NCBI GenBank assembly: GCA_973895155.1
Contig: OZ316891.1
Span: 27,193,561-27,257,560, forward strand
Origin: Marsupella aquatica
Lineage: Eukaryota > Plantae > Marchantiophyta
Direction: 5' to 3'
DNA: 64,000 nucleotides
Positions 39,415-51,330 of the stretch are shown here, piece by piece. The number at the start of each line of letters is the position of its first letter. Position 1 is the stretch's first letter. Made by a program: the position numbers and the translations under genes. Under the pieces are notes generated by a model. The model had not been told where the DNA came from and made no database searches. It saw nothing but the letters and a program-made list of their open reading frames with translations.

Positions 39415-41635
39415 ATGGAGGGAGAGTTAAGCGATGGAGTTGTTCCTGGCGATTATTCAGACGCTGAGAGGGAGATGTTTTATATGGATGATTTGAGTGT
39501 TGACGGGGAGACTTGCGATCTTTCAGAATTTGATTCGGCCACTGCATTTGATGAGGCATCTAAAGAAGCTGTTTCTTTAGATGTATTTTCTACTTTGGTC
39601 GAACCTAATCGAGAGCTTGTCAATGAGGTTGAGAGTGGGCTGCAGGTTGCTGAGCAGAACCATTCGGATCAAGCGGATGCAAGTTCATCCGGCTTGAGGC
39701 AGGATCTATTGGAAGTAAGCCTGCCAGGCTTGAGACTCCTGCCTGATCCTGCTTTAGAGGAAGCAGGGCGAGGATTGGAGAAGTTGCCATCCGCATGGAA
39801 CGACCAGTGGGCTGTGAGGAGGGCTGACGGGTTGCGTAAGGGGATGGGGTGGGACTTGAGTGTTGCATTTGGAGACTTGTTGCTTGTGCAGGTGGACGAG
39901 TTGCTCAGCAACTATTTTGCTCGAGCAGTGAAGAAAGACGGTAATGTTTACCCATCATCTTCACTCATGAACCAAATGAATAGCTTCAATCGAGTGTTGA
40001 GGCGAGGGAGTGATCTGAGATCGCTGAAGGGTTCTTCTTACATTCTGCCGAGAGATTTCAACATCAACTCACATCCAGCCTTCTCAAGAACTCGAATGGT
40101 GTTGAAAGCGGCCATCAAGAAGTCTGCGAAGGAGGGGGCTAACAAGAAACGAAAGAAGGTGAGAGCTGCCAACTTGCATTGTCTTTAAAGATGTTGTGTG
40201 CTTGTAGACTTGTCTGCTGCTTCTGACTTTTGGATGTTCTGGTCCAGGTTGAGATATTGACAGAGGAGCACGAGAAAGCTATTATGGCTGACATTGACCA
40301 CCAAGTGACAAGCAGCCATGGATGTCAAAAGCGCTTGGCATTTTACTGTCTGGTCAGGCTTGGCATTCGTGGAGGTGGCGAGCTCTATGATCTACATAGA
40401 GGCGACTTATCTGTATGCATCGACAAGGCAGGAAGGAACTATGTGCAGTAGGTGTTTTTTGTCTAGTTTGATATTTCCGTTTCTAAGATGTAGCTTTTTT
40501 GTATTTGTTTATTGTCTGGCAATGATACTAATAAACATTTGAATTTGTTCAGGTTTGAGGAGCGCCAGAGTAAGAATAACTCTTACATGCTGGATCGGTA
40601 CAACGAAGAGCAGTTTCGAAAGATGTATCATAGTTATGAAGTCGATTTTGTGTTTACTGTGAATCAGTACAAGCGCCATTTATCTCCAGAAGCAGAGTCG
40701 TCGAAGCCTGACCTCTTTATGCAGACAATTACCAATCCTGCCAGGAATGTCTGGTATAATAAAGTCCACAAGGTAGGGAGAGATACTGCCGCTCACTGGC
40801 TTAAGAATATGTTGGCGCTGGTGGGGCTGCCACCTGATCTCTTTTCAAACCGAACTGGAAGGACCACACTAATCTCTCGACTAGCTGCAAAAGGAGTCCC
40901 TGATGTGGTTGGTATGCTTATTAGTGGGCATCATTCAACCGGAGGTTATTCACGTTACGACAAAACACAAGAACTTAAGATGGAAGCTGCAGCCCTGGTC
41001 TCTGCTAGTCCAGGCCTTGATTATGAGAAGGCTCTTGGACATGTTTCAAAATCCTTTGTCCGAGAGAAGCTTGTTGGATCATCCGAGGGTCTGAAACCCC
41101 TTGTTGACAGGGTGAACGAAAAGGCCAATGTGCAGCCTTCACTTTTGACACTTGTACAGGTATGTCAACGAACTTTGATTTGTTTGTGAGTGAGGTTTCT
41201 TGGTATTGTTGCTAATGGGAATGTTGTTGGTTGGCAGGGATCTACAGGTTCAAGTGGAGTACTAGGAGAAACATCAGCAAGAGCTTCAGAGCAGGTTTGT
41301 TTGTAGTGATTTTGCATGACTGTCGGTTGTTGCCTGTCATGCAAGACTGAGATTAATGTTTGTTTTGTGTGTGGCAGGATGGAAGCCACATTGTTGGGGA
41401 TATGTTAGTACAAAGGGCAGATGCTGCCAGATGGGATTCGTCCTATGACGGAATTGATTGGGTGGGCGAGTTATTGAAGCAGAACCCTTTGCTTCACGAG
41501 AAAATTTCAGGCCCAACACCAGCCAGAGTTTCTGTGGGCAGCAATATGTCTGGAAATTCCTTCCACAATTGTTCAGTATCAATTAAAATTGTCAAGGCAG
41601 GGGAGGAGGATGAGAAGGAGAACGCAGGCCACTGA
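39415..41635 (+). CDS. DUF3504/Crypton-type tyrosine recombinase, ~621 aa, 5 exons
   Basis: Exons 39415-40158, 40248-40447, 40553-41159, 41238-41294 and 41378-41635 join in frame with GT-AG sites. Motifs: VKKDGNVYPSSSL, GIRGGGELYDL, EERQSKN, VWY..VGRDT, NRTGR, SGHHS..GYSRY, C-terminal FHNCSVSI. The start could lie further upstream (ORF open from 39220). Confidence 0.85.
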
Positions 41636-42179
41636 GATTGTAGTTAGTGATATTGTACTTAGTTTTTCAGATATTGGATCTGATTTAGAAACCACCGATG
41701 TAATACTCTAGTTAGTTTTCAGATCAGTATCCTGATGGACAGAAATACCATTAGCAGGAAATAACAGTAAGCTAGTAGGAACATTATACATATCAGCAAT
41801 TTACTGATATGGCTATATGAGCGTACCTATGTACATCAAGAATGGTTTTACTATTCGGTTAAACTTTGCATGACTCCCGGCCATGAATAAAGTGGAATTT
41901 TTTGAGTACTTAACTTCTTCCAATCACTGTTCGCGTTCAATACTTAAAGTCAATAAAAGTTTTACGACTCCAAACTCTCCAAACACAATGCTGAAACATC
42001 ACCAAATAGAAAAATTGGACACAAGCCTGATCATAACTTGTTTAGGACAATTCCGATTAACCTATTCTGAAGGATGGACTATGCCAATTGGATGTACACG
42101 TATGGACCTGTGTATGGATGGAAAATGTGTTCGGGACGGTACATATAAGGTGGATGAAATACTGATTTTCCATCCAGTA

Positions 42180-42278
42180 GTTATAGGGTTCCGTAGCTGC
42201 ATTACGGGATTCCGTAGCCAGGTTACAGAGTTCCGTAGCCCGGTTACAGCATTCCGTCACCCATGTTACAGAGTTCCA
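42180..42278 (+). repeat. Subterminal 21-bp degenerate tandem repeat (~5 copies)
   Basis: GTTACAG(A/C)(G/A)TTCCGTAGCC-type units about 75 bp inside the right inverted repeat. Confidence 0.8.
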
Positions 42279-43451
42279 AAATGTCAGCCGGGTCAGGAAG
42301 GGAGATTACGGAAATACAGGGACCACCCAAAATAGGTTACAAATGTAGGTAACCTGAAACCAAGACCGCGATTACGACTCAGCAGTCAGCCACTTGAGGC
42401 AGCCCCCGCCCCGCGCCCCGCCCCGCCCGGCCCCGCGCAGGGAGGCTCCGAGGACAGATTTGAACTTCCGAACAGCACGGGCTCGAGTGGTACCTCTCTC
42501 CATCTCTCTCTCTCTCTCTCTCATTCTCTCTCGTGTGGCACGAACGAATGATCTTAGAAGACCGGCCTGTGGAGCATTAATCGCTCCTTGAGGCTTGGAC
42601 TTCGGAGACTCTCCGAGATTAGTCGCGGTTGCGTTGTGACGGACGGAGTGGCTGGCTGCAGTAAGCAGTGGAGCAGTGGAGCGGCTATTTTAATGGAGGG
42701 CCTGACGATTGAGCTGGAACGCGAGCTTCGATTTCAGGCGCCGTTGCAGTTTGCATTGTCCTATGAGATGGACGGACTCACTGACGTCAGGCAGTCTCTC
42801 AGCCGATGTGAGCAAAGAGCTGCTGCGCGGGATTGAGCGAAAGGAGCACCTTGGCAGCTGCTGTTGTTGCATTTGTGCTTTCTAAGGGTGGGAACTCTCT
42901 CAAGAGGCTCTTGTTGTCAACGAAAGGTTTCCATGGGATCGAAGGAGCGCTTCTGAGCTGGCGATTACTCTGTACTGGATCGAAGTAGCCGTTTTCAGGA
43001 GGCTTCCGATGTGGTCTAGCTCAATTGCAGTGGTGCAGGAGGACTCTGTGGGTTCTTCTGATGGACTGACCTGAGGAAGCCGCGACGGAGAACCGTAATG
43101 AAGTTCTTCTGTACTTGTCTTACGAGAGGAGAAGTGTAAACCGTCCCAGAGTAGATAATCCCTAAGTAAGAAATGCAAGAGAGACAGAGCAGCTACTCTT
43201 GAGTGATTCAAAGGTTAATGGAGGTTTATGGAGGATTTTACAGGATTTTGGATTGGCGAGTTTAGACGACGATGAACTTCATGTGTCAACGGATGGATTT
43301 GTCATGAAAGGACTCACAGAGACAGTCACTTACATTTAGGCATCTCGGAGGAAGACCATTTTGTACGATAATGTGTCGGAAGGAATGATGAGATTACAAA
43401 GAGTGACGGATTCGGGATGAGGTGATCAACTCTTTCAATTCCGCATCATCA

Positions 43452-46072
43452 ATGTCCAAAATGGACGAACACGCCCTTAACAGTATGGCTGCGGGATTTT
43501 GCGGCCAGCTGAAGACTTTTGTAACATGTCTCCATTCCAACACTTCTCAGCTGAGAGCTTCAATCACGCACAAGCCTCCTGCCTGTAAGTACATCATTCA
43601 CTGACGACTCTGCAATGCCGATTAGATTTTATCCTCTGTGGACCAGTTCCTACGTTCTGTGCTCTCACGTTCAGAATCACTGTACTGTAGTTGAAATCGT
43701 TCCACATTAGCATGATAGAAGCGAACCTTCACCTTCTCAGTTGCCGGGCTAGCATTGGAATGGCGTTGAATGAACAAGAACGCTATTACTGAGTATCGAC
43801 GGCAAAGTTGCCATGTTAACTTTCAGATGCCGAATTGTCGTCATTTTTGCTCGATTTCAACGATCGGCTAGCGGAGGACGGTGCTCAAATGGACCTGTTG
43901 GAAGAGATGACTGTGGAGAACGTCAGCTTCGAGGAACTACTCGCGCACTGCATGGAGTTGTACAAACAGAACGAGAGCAGCATCTCATCGCTGGAGTCAC
44001 ACTTGGAGCAGTTTGGATATTCCAGAGGTTTGTTTTGCACTCATCCCCATTGCCCTTCTCAAGTTGAAAATACTTCTCGAACCCTTCCAATCTTGGATGG
44101 ATTATAAGTCAAGTCCACGGAAAGAATGGTTAGTTCTCCGGAAATATTACTTCGGTCTGTAGTTCCGTCAAGCAACCCTTCTCCATGAGCACCACCTTCT
44201 TGGCATGGTCGTGATATCTCCTCCAACTTCCCATAATTCCTACCCTTGCGTTTCTATGCCCAATTCTAAATTTTGTTTTATCTCTATTTTTAAACATAGG
44301 TGATAGTCAATAGCATTCTTAACCAAGAGATGTCTCAATCCTGACAGGCGGGAATGTTGGCGGAGGAGAAGAAGGCCAAGCGTTGGATACACCTTTTGTG
44401 GAGGGGCTGAAGCAGCGCGTTAGGGCCAAGGAGTCTAGTCCTAAAGAGTCGACAAAGGTCAGGGACGATGTACCAGGGACCCCGAATGCAGAACTACTTT
44501 TTTCGTCGAACTCTTCGGGACGCTCCTATGCACATTTTGAGACGATTCGGTCGTCTGATCCCAGATCACGTCTTCAGTCGAATCTAGGATCATATCAGTC
44601 GCCTCTACCGGCAGCTCTTGCGCAATCGAAATTGGACAGCAATGACCTATCGATGTATCCTTCAACTTATTTCTGAATGCTGTCCTGGTTTCCAGTTGGT
44701 GATAGCAGACTATTTAATCATCAGAGAACTGTATAGATTCCTTTCCTGTATATCACTTTCAGCTCTTAAATGTTCTTCTTAACTTTTAGTCAGGCTTTGT
44801 GAATCATTTTCATTGGAAGACTTCGGGATATCAGCTTCAAGCCTTGCGTCCTTAGCGAGTAAGTTTTGTGATTACGATCTCGATTGAAATATCATCTTCC
44901 ATTGCTCCAGAGTTCTTTAATTTTCAACCTTAGACTCAAATTTAGTCGGTCATTGTTCATCTCACATGGGACATCACTAATGGTAAGATAACTCGGTATT
45001 TTTAGGATGAATTCGATCCTATGTTAGGACACAGTTGAAGCCCCCGTTCGAAGTATTGCTCATGTTTAAAAAATTGACTTTGCTTCCTCAGGATGCAAGA
45101 TTACTTATAGCTTCTTTCATTGGCAGAAAATGATCTGATTACTCCCGAAAAAGTGGACACTCCTGTTCATCAAAAGCGAGGAGTTACTTCTGCAGAAGTT
45201 CTATCAGAGCACTGCAGTGATGACATGGATGAGAGTTGTGGTTCCTCTCCACCAAATTCACCAACAAACAAATGTAGTGAACAAGCTGCGGGTGAGCACA
45301 AGAATCTCTTACAGCCGGCTTCATCTCTTCATTTTTCCGAGAATCTGATGGCAGGTCTGGATCTAGGTTTGCATGCTTTTGGACTGCTATTCAACATGGT
45401 CTTGACTGCTTGGTGATCACAGGGATCAAAGCTCAAAGCAGCTTGCAATTGCTAGATATGATTACTATTGAAGAGTACAATCAATTGCTACCGTGGCTGA
45501 GGCAGCGAGTCTCTTTAGAGGTAAGGCTCACTCAATGCAGAGGTACAGGCTTACAAATTTTCATATTTCTTCTTCAATATAGGTATGGTTTGTTCTACCA
45601 TGTTAGGAGCTCTCCTGAAGTATATGTTGTGATATACTAACAGTTGCACTCTGCTATTATGCCCTAGGAACTGAATGACATCGTCCTCAGAATTAATGAT
45701 GCTTTCCATATTCAAAGTGAAACACTGTCAAGTGCCGGCGGTGATAGGAAGCAACTTGAGCTGGAGGAGTCCTTTCTTCATACCTTGGGTAACAACCTTG
45801 GTCTCAACGATTCCTTGTCCTAGTTTGCCTTGGAGGCTTTACTTGTTGTGGTCAATTAGGCTGTGTAAGGTCCCCGGGACATACTTCTGTATTCTATTCG
45901 TAATGTATTTACTCAAACTTAGTACAGATCATTAATCCAACTTGTGCTGTCTGCAGGTTCCAAAATGAAACCTGCCCTTTTCATCCTTGTTCAGATTGAC
46001 AAGCTGGTTGTGGTTCGTCACAATTCATGCTCTTATTATCGTCCCTCTGAATTGGCCAAATTTCGTTGCTGA
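43452..46072 (+). CDS. SKA3: Spindle and kinetochore-associated protein 3-like, multi-exon
   Basis: FCGQLKTFVTCLHSN, MDLLEEMTVENVSFEELLAHCMELYKQN..HLEQFGY, SLEDFGISASSLASLA, EEYNQLLPWLR and the terminal KMKPALFILVQIDKL follow the plant SKA3 motif order. ATG at 43452 or 43461; TGA at 46070-46072. Confidence 0.75.
44655..44793 (+). other. U12-type (minor spliceosome) GT-AG intron
   Basis: 5' site GTATCCTT; branch point TTCTTAAC at 44776-44783, about 10 nt before the AG. Splicing keeps the frame (DLSM-LCESFSLEDFG). Confidence 0.8.
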
Positions 46073-48085
46073 TGTGTTTATAGCAGTGGTATTTATGATT
46101 TTATCAAGGATACGTCGGGGTAAACTACTGCAATTGGTCCACATCCCTGTATCGTCCCACTCGCTTCAACGATTCTCCTTGATGAAGTGAGTGGCCATCC
46201 TGGTCAGGCAGAGCCATCATGCCAACTGTGGCTAGACCAATTTTTGTCGTCTACTCCCTTCGTTTGAAGGTTGTCTTCAAGCACCGATTAATACAATGTT
46301 GCCTGAGCAGCTTTTCATGACGGGCGATCGACGTCCATGTCTCAAGTACGGTTTTGACCATCTAGTGAAGAACTTTGATGGTTGCCAACGTACTGGATAT
46401 CTAATATTGGATATTATTTGGATGCTGTCTGTCATATCAGGATTGGATTGTGCCAATGTACTGGTCTCAAATCAATTGAATCTAGTAATCTATTTCCCAT
46501 TGAGAAGAACTCGAAGACGCGTTGTCATTTTTCCATCAACTCGGTTGACATTATTATCTAGTTTTTGGAAGCCTACCAAAGTTACATTCCTACCAAAGAA
46601 CTTAGTCGAGATTGCAGAGCGTAGTTCGATCGGCTAACTTGCATCTGATCAGACTTTACAATCTGAGTATAATGGTTCAATGGGGTTTAGGGTTTAGGGT
46701 CTAGTGCGGTCCTTTCTATGCGTCGTTTCTTAAAAGATCAAGTGCTCCATTCTGACTTTTTTGTCAATCCACAACAAAATAAATTAAATTAATGTCTAAA
46801 TGGGACTGTTAGCTTCTATCCATGTCTTTTCTTATGAAAGAACACATCATCATGCATTGGATATTGTTCCCATAAGGGAAGAAAATAGGTTTTTTTTTTT
46901 GTCATTCCACTTTTGTCAGTGACATTTTCGCTTAAATGGCTGCGGAAATGTCACTGACAAAAGTAGTGTGGTGGATAGTGAGGTTGGGTTAAATAGACCA
47001 AATGCATTGCACACTTTGAGCATATGCGGAAGGTGGTGGTGTCTCAGTGTGGCCGTGCTTACCCATAGGCCACCATCAACCGCTACAACAGAAAATGTCT
47101 GAGTTGTCTAGGAGCCACAAGACCTTTGATCTCCAAATGCCCGGTGCTAGTCCACTGCAATAGACGTCGTTGGACATCTTGATTCACCTGTGACATCTCC
47201 ACCATTGGGAATCTGTATTTCATCATGGACAATCCAGACTTAGCTTCCCTTCTCCCATGGAAGCTCCTCATACCTCAAGAAGTCAGACAATGCATATTCG
47301 GTACGTCGGGAGATAGAGACCCACGGTCTGGAAAGTACAACATGAGACAAACTGCCAAAGTGCTCTCGGCAATGGGTGTGTGTATTCGTCCTGTCCATCT
47401 CGTGCATAGGGTCTAGGCTACAGTAGACGCTTAACAATGAGTTTAGCACACTTGCAAAATATGCCGTCTCCTCAGACATGGAATCACAGATATTGCAAAA
47501 TTCAAATTCAAAACAACACCATTCTCTGAAGCGAGAAGGAAATGTCAAATGACTCCCTAGCCCTCACTATGATGGAGGGTCTGCACATATTTTAATTCCA
47601 AAAAGCACGGACTTTCACCAAGATTCTCTCCTCGGATACGGGAGTGACAACACTCTCCAAATAATGTGTGACCAGACCTAAATTACACCGTGTAAACAAA
47701 ATGGTTCCCTGCAAGAGCTCCGTGCAAGAGCTGTCTGTTCTGCTCAAAAAATGTGGTCGAGAGAGATTGCCACGAATCGGACGACAGACAGCGTGATAAA
47801 CATAGAAACATGTTTTCGACACTTTTCTTCCTTTTCCTGTGCTACGACAACATTCCATGAAGTGCTTGACCTCATTCTACTCTCCAAATGTAATTGTGTC
47901 AACGGCATGCACCACACAGCTCAACAAGCCTTGGTTGCATTGCATTGAGCTCCTGAGAGAGTACAACCTACTTCGTACACTGTAAAGAAGTTGAAGTAGT
48001 CAGAGATGAGAGGAAAACCAGGCAGGGCCGCCAAAATCAGCAGTAAGCTGTTAGAATCTATTGTCGCTGAGGACGAACACGGAAA

Positions 48086-49315
48086 CTATTTCAGAGGCAG
48101 AGAGTTCTCATATGCTTCGACGGAGAGTCTCTCTAGTCTGGTGAGCATTTGTTGGTACATACTCTCAAATTGAATGACCCTTGATCCGCCCTTAGCGTCT
48201 GCTGACTCATTTACGGGTAAACTACCAAGATCATCTTCATAAGCACTTCTGCTACTCTTCCCACCGTTGTTATCCAACAATGTGGCAGATTTCCCGGAAC
48301 TGCTTCTTTCTACTCCGCTTCGAAGCTGAGCTGGGGACCCGCCAGCACTGGTTTCTAAATCCAATTTAGAATTGAACCATGATGGAATCGAAGCAACGGG
48401 AACAAATGAATCATAGAACCCCCGAAGAACACCAGCATTGACAATGTTCACGGGAAGCGGTTCAAATTTGATACCTTTAGGGTTTTTGAGGGATTGAAAA
48501 GCCCTGTACTCATGGGTCCTTACAGATTTGTTAGTGGAGTCAGACTCTGTGAACAACACAAAAAAGCAAGGAGCGATTGGTGTTATATTGTCCACGACAG
48601 GCTCGATTCGCATCTCTTGACGAGGGCTGGAGATACTATTACTGCTCCTCCTGCTGGGAGAAGCGCTCATGGTGGGAGAGCCAGGAATCTCCAACGTTAG
48701 CACCGATGGCTTGGCTGCTGCTGCTGCTGCTGCTGCTCCTGCTGCTCCTAAACCCCCCACTCTCCCTGTCTGTGGGATACTGTCTACAGGTGTCAATGAG
48801 GGGCTCCTTCGAGTGCCAGTAAGGCTTGTAGATGAGGGTTCACCTCCGAGTACACTGCCTACTTGTCCAATATTCAATTTAGAGGGATTAGCTGCATCTT
48901 CTTCTGCCACAGGCGGTGCGATGATTCCGGATCGAAGAGATGTGGTGACGGCTACTTCTCTCATAGACGGCCACAGGCTGGAATTCCTCCTACCAAGGTA
49001 CCACCCGATGGGCGGATCTTCTCCTCGGGATTGCCTTTCTCTAACAATATTCGACAGCTTAGAATGGTTGAGCCTGCCGGTGGCGTCGTAGAAGCTGAGG
49101 ACACGACCAGAGCAGTAGTAGCCAGTAACCCTAGCAGTGATCTGCTCGTGAGTGATTGCCGGCCCAGCCGAATCGTCCTGCATGTTGGATGTTGTCTGGT
49201 GCTGCAAACGCCCGAATAGGAGCCCATCGCAGTCCCCTTCCACTGAGCCAAAATCATGCATGATTTGCGCCAATGTGGGTCCTGCAATTGCGAAGCTTCC
49301 TGCCGATGTCTCCAT
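48086..49315 (-). CDS. BRCA1-A/BRISC complex subunit Abraxas (FAM175)-like MPN-minus protein, intronless CDS
   Basis: FAIAGPTLAQIM..DCDGLLFG, SFYDATGRLN, IGWYLGRRN..PSMREVAVT, CFFVLFT, THEYRAF and a C-terminal coiled-coil segment ESMYQQMLTRLERL. Confidence 0.8.
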   Translation of the reverse strand: METSAGSFAIAGPTLAQIMHDFGSVEGDCDGLLFGRLQHQTTSNMQDDSAGPAITHEQITARVTGYYCSGRVLSFYDATGRLNHSKLSNIVRERQSRGEDPPIGWYLGRRNSSLWPSMREVAVTTSLRSGIIAPPVAEEDAANPSKLNIGQVGSVLGGEPSSTSLTGTRRSPSLTPVDSIPQTGRVGGLGAAGAAAAAAAAKPSVLTLEIPGSPTMSASPSRRSSNSISSPRQEMRIEPVVDNITPIAPCFFVLFTESDSTNKSVRTHEYRAFQSLKNPKGIKFEPLPVNIVNAGVLRGFYDSFVPVASIPSWFNSKLDLETSAGGSPAQLRSGVERSSSGKSATLLDNNGGKSSRSAYEDDLGSLPVNESADAKGGSRVIQFESMYQQMLTRLERLSVEAYENSLPLK

Positions 49316-50849
49316 ACTCGCATCTAGTTGCACCAAAATTGAAGAACCCTGCTCGAAAGCTCTCTTCTATCTATCTATCTATCCCGCGCCCTGAAGTTCG
49401 ACAAGACAATAATGATCACAGCTTCATTCCCAGGGCTATTTCCCCTAAAATCCTCGGCAACAGGTTGCACATCTGGAACAGTGGGAAAGCTTGGTTCGGC
49501 ATAGAATGTTCAACGGAGAGACTTCTCAACCATCCAAACTGTCCAAACCGGCTCTCGTTAACAGTTCCGTTACTTCTCATGAGCATCCGCCCTCATTTAG
49601 TGACAGGAATTAACATTAAGCAGTGATTGAGCCCTAAAAATGGGGCTGTGGTTCCCCCGGAACTGTGTGGACGAGGCAGCATCCAGACTCCAAAATCTAA
49701 CACGCACACTTGCGTCGCTACAATAAACAATCTCCCCTTCAGGATTGTAGGCACTCAATTCCTCTCCGGAACAAGTCATCAGTGGCTTAACTCCGAGGAT
49801 TGGAGGATTTCCGAAACGCATTCCAGGTCTGCACTGACTCTAGCAGAGAAGAGTCAAATTAGGGTTTATACGCTGTAGAAGAAGACCATCCGACCTGGTG
49901 GCATGAGAGTAGTCTTCTGCCACGAAAGCAACGGAGCAGGCCGTGGAGATCCTGGAAAACGACAAATCTCGATGAGAATAGAGACAGAGAGAAGCAGAAC
50001 AGATTTTGAAATTATGTGAGGGACGAGAATCGACGCAAACATGGAGCTCAGACAGAAATTGGCGGACAATCTGCCGTCCGGTAGCATGGATCATCGTGTG
50101 TTCCACCGGTCAGGAAATATATTCTCGGCTATAAACGGTGGCTACATACCGATAATAAATTCCGCCATCCGTCACCAGAGCTCTGGCGCGATAGATTGAA
50201 CTCAATGAAAAAGAGAAAAAGTTGGAATAACCCCTATCGAAATATAAAAGCAAGGACCAAGAAGAGAAGAAGAAACACATTGACGAAGCGGTCTGGGAAG
50301 CTCCACTTCCAACGAGACTCTCGAATGATTGAACTGTTCCATCCACGGAAACACGAAGTATCCAAACAACAACAAGACCAAAGTATCTAGGGAGCAGTGT
50401 CACAAAAACAAAAACAAAAACAAACAAAAAAAACAGGTAGACATCCAGCAAGAACAGAATGTCTACACATAACGTGGGTACCTCGTTTGGTTGATACAAC
50501 AATCTTCTCGAATGATCTGTATTAAGAATGGTCCCCGAACTGTCTGCTCTCCACCAATCTCAAGAATTGCCATGGGCGGGTCTCCCAAGCTATGATAATC
50601 GACACTACGTACTTGTTAAACAGACAAATTCTATCCTACTGATGGTTTCTGCGCTTCTTGTTGTCTTTCTCCCGTCTCATCCACTTCAAGGACACTTTCA
50701 AACTGCGGACGAAGGGAGCAGACAGCGAAAGTCTTCGGTTCTATGTGCAAGTTTAGGAACCTTGTGTTCTGTTTTAGGCTTGAAACCGAAAGCAGACCCA
50801 ACAATTATGAACCTTGTATTCTCTCAATGAGAATTGAGGGTTCAAATAT

Positions 50850-51330
50850 GTCCAAAAAATGGAATCAGAACAAAGAAGTGGTCCAGCCTACAGGTGCTGA
50901 GCTCCCAAAGGAATGCCCTGACCCCACCAAAGTCATGTTGTAGCAGCCCAATGTTTGTTGTGGATGTGGCCATGCTCTCACATATAAAATAGTGGCATTG
51001 CACCTTACCATTGTTTGAGGTGCAGCGCATAGGCACATACACAACATTGACCATTTCTCTTTGTGCTTGGATGCAAGACTGTTTTGAAAGATCCACTGAT
51101 CCCAAAATTGTTGTTGCCTTTTCATGTTCTTAAGCAGACCATGTCCATCTGAATTTTGGCGAGGTTGCTTACTGTGGACTTGGATAGGGTGATCCATTGA
51201 GGTTGTTTTTTAGTGTTAGACCATGTAGGGTAAGGTGGCAAGCAACATTTACTAAAGCGTAATACTTTATACTTGTGGCCAGGCACCCACTGGATCATGG
51301 CCCACAATTCTTGCATCAGATACACTACAA
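50850..51330 (-). pseudogene. Possible degenerate DNA-transposase remnant
   Basis: Cys/His-rich fragments with stops and frameshifts; family not identifiable. Confidence 0.2.

Larger units (their letters stand above)
38779..42376 (+). mobile_element. Crypton-like tyrosine-recombinase DNA transposon with (sub)terminal inverted repeats
   Basis: 26-bp inverted repeats with 2 mismatches, CGTAATCGCGATCTAGGTTTCAGGTT (38779-38804) and AACCTGAAACCAAGACCGCGATTACG (42351-42376), enclose a single YR gene. No TSD seen. Confidence 0.8.

Noticed and set aside
46684-46704. TTTAGGG telomere-like repeats
   Set aside because: Only 2-3 units, which is common interstitially; not a telomere.
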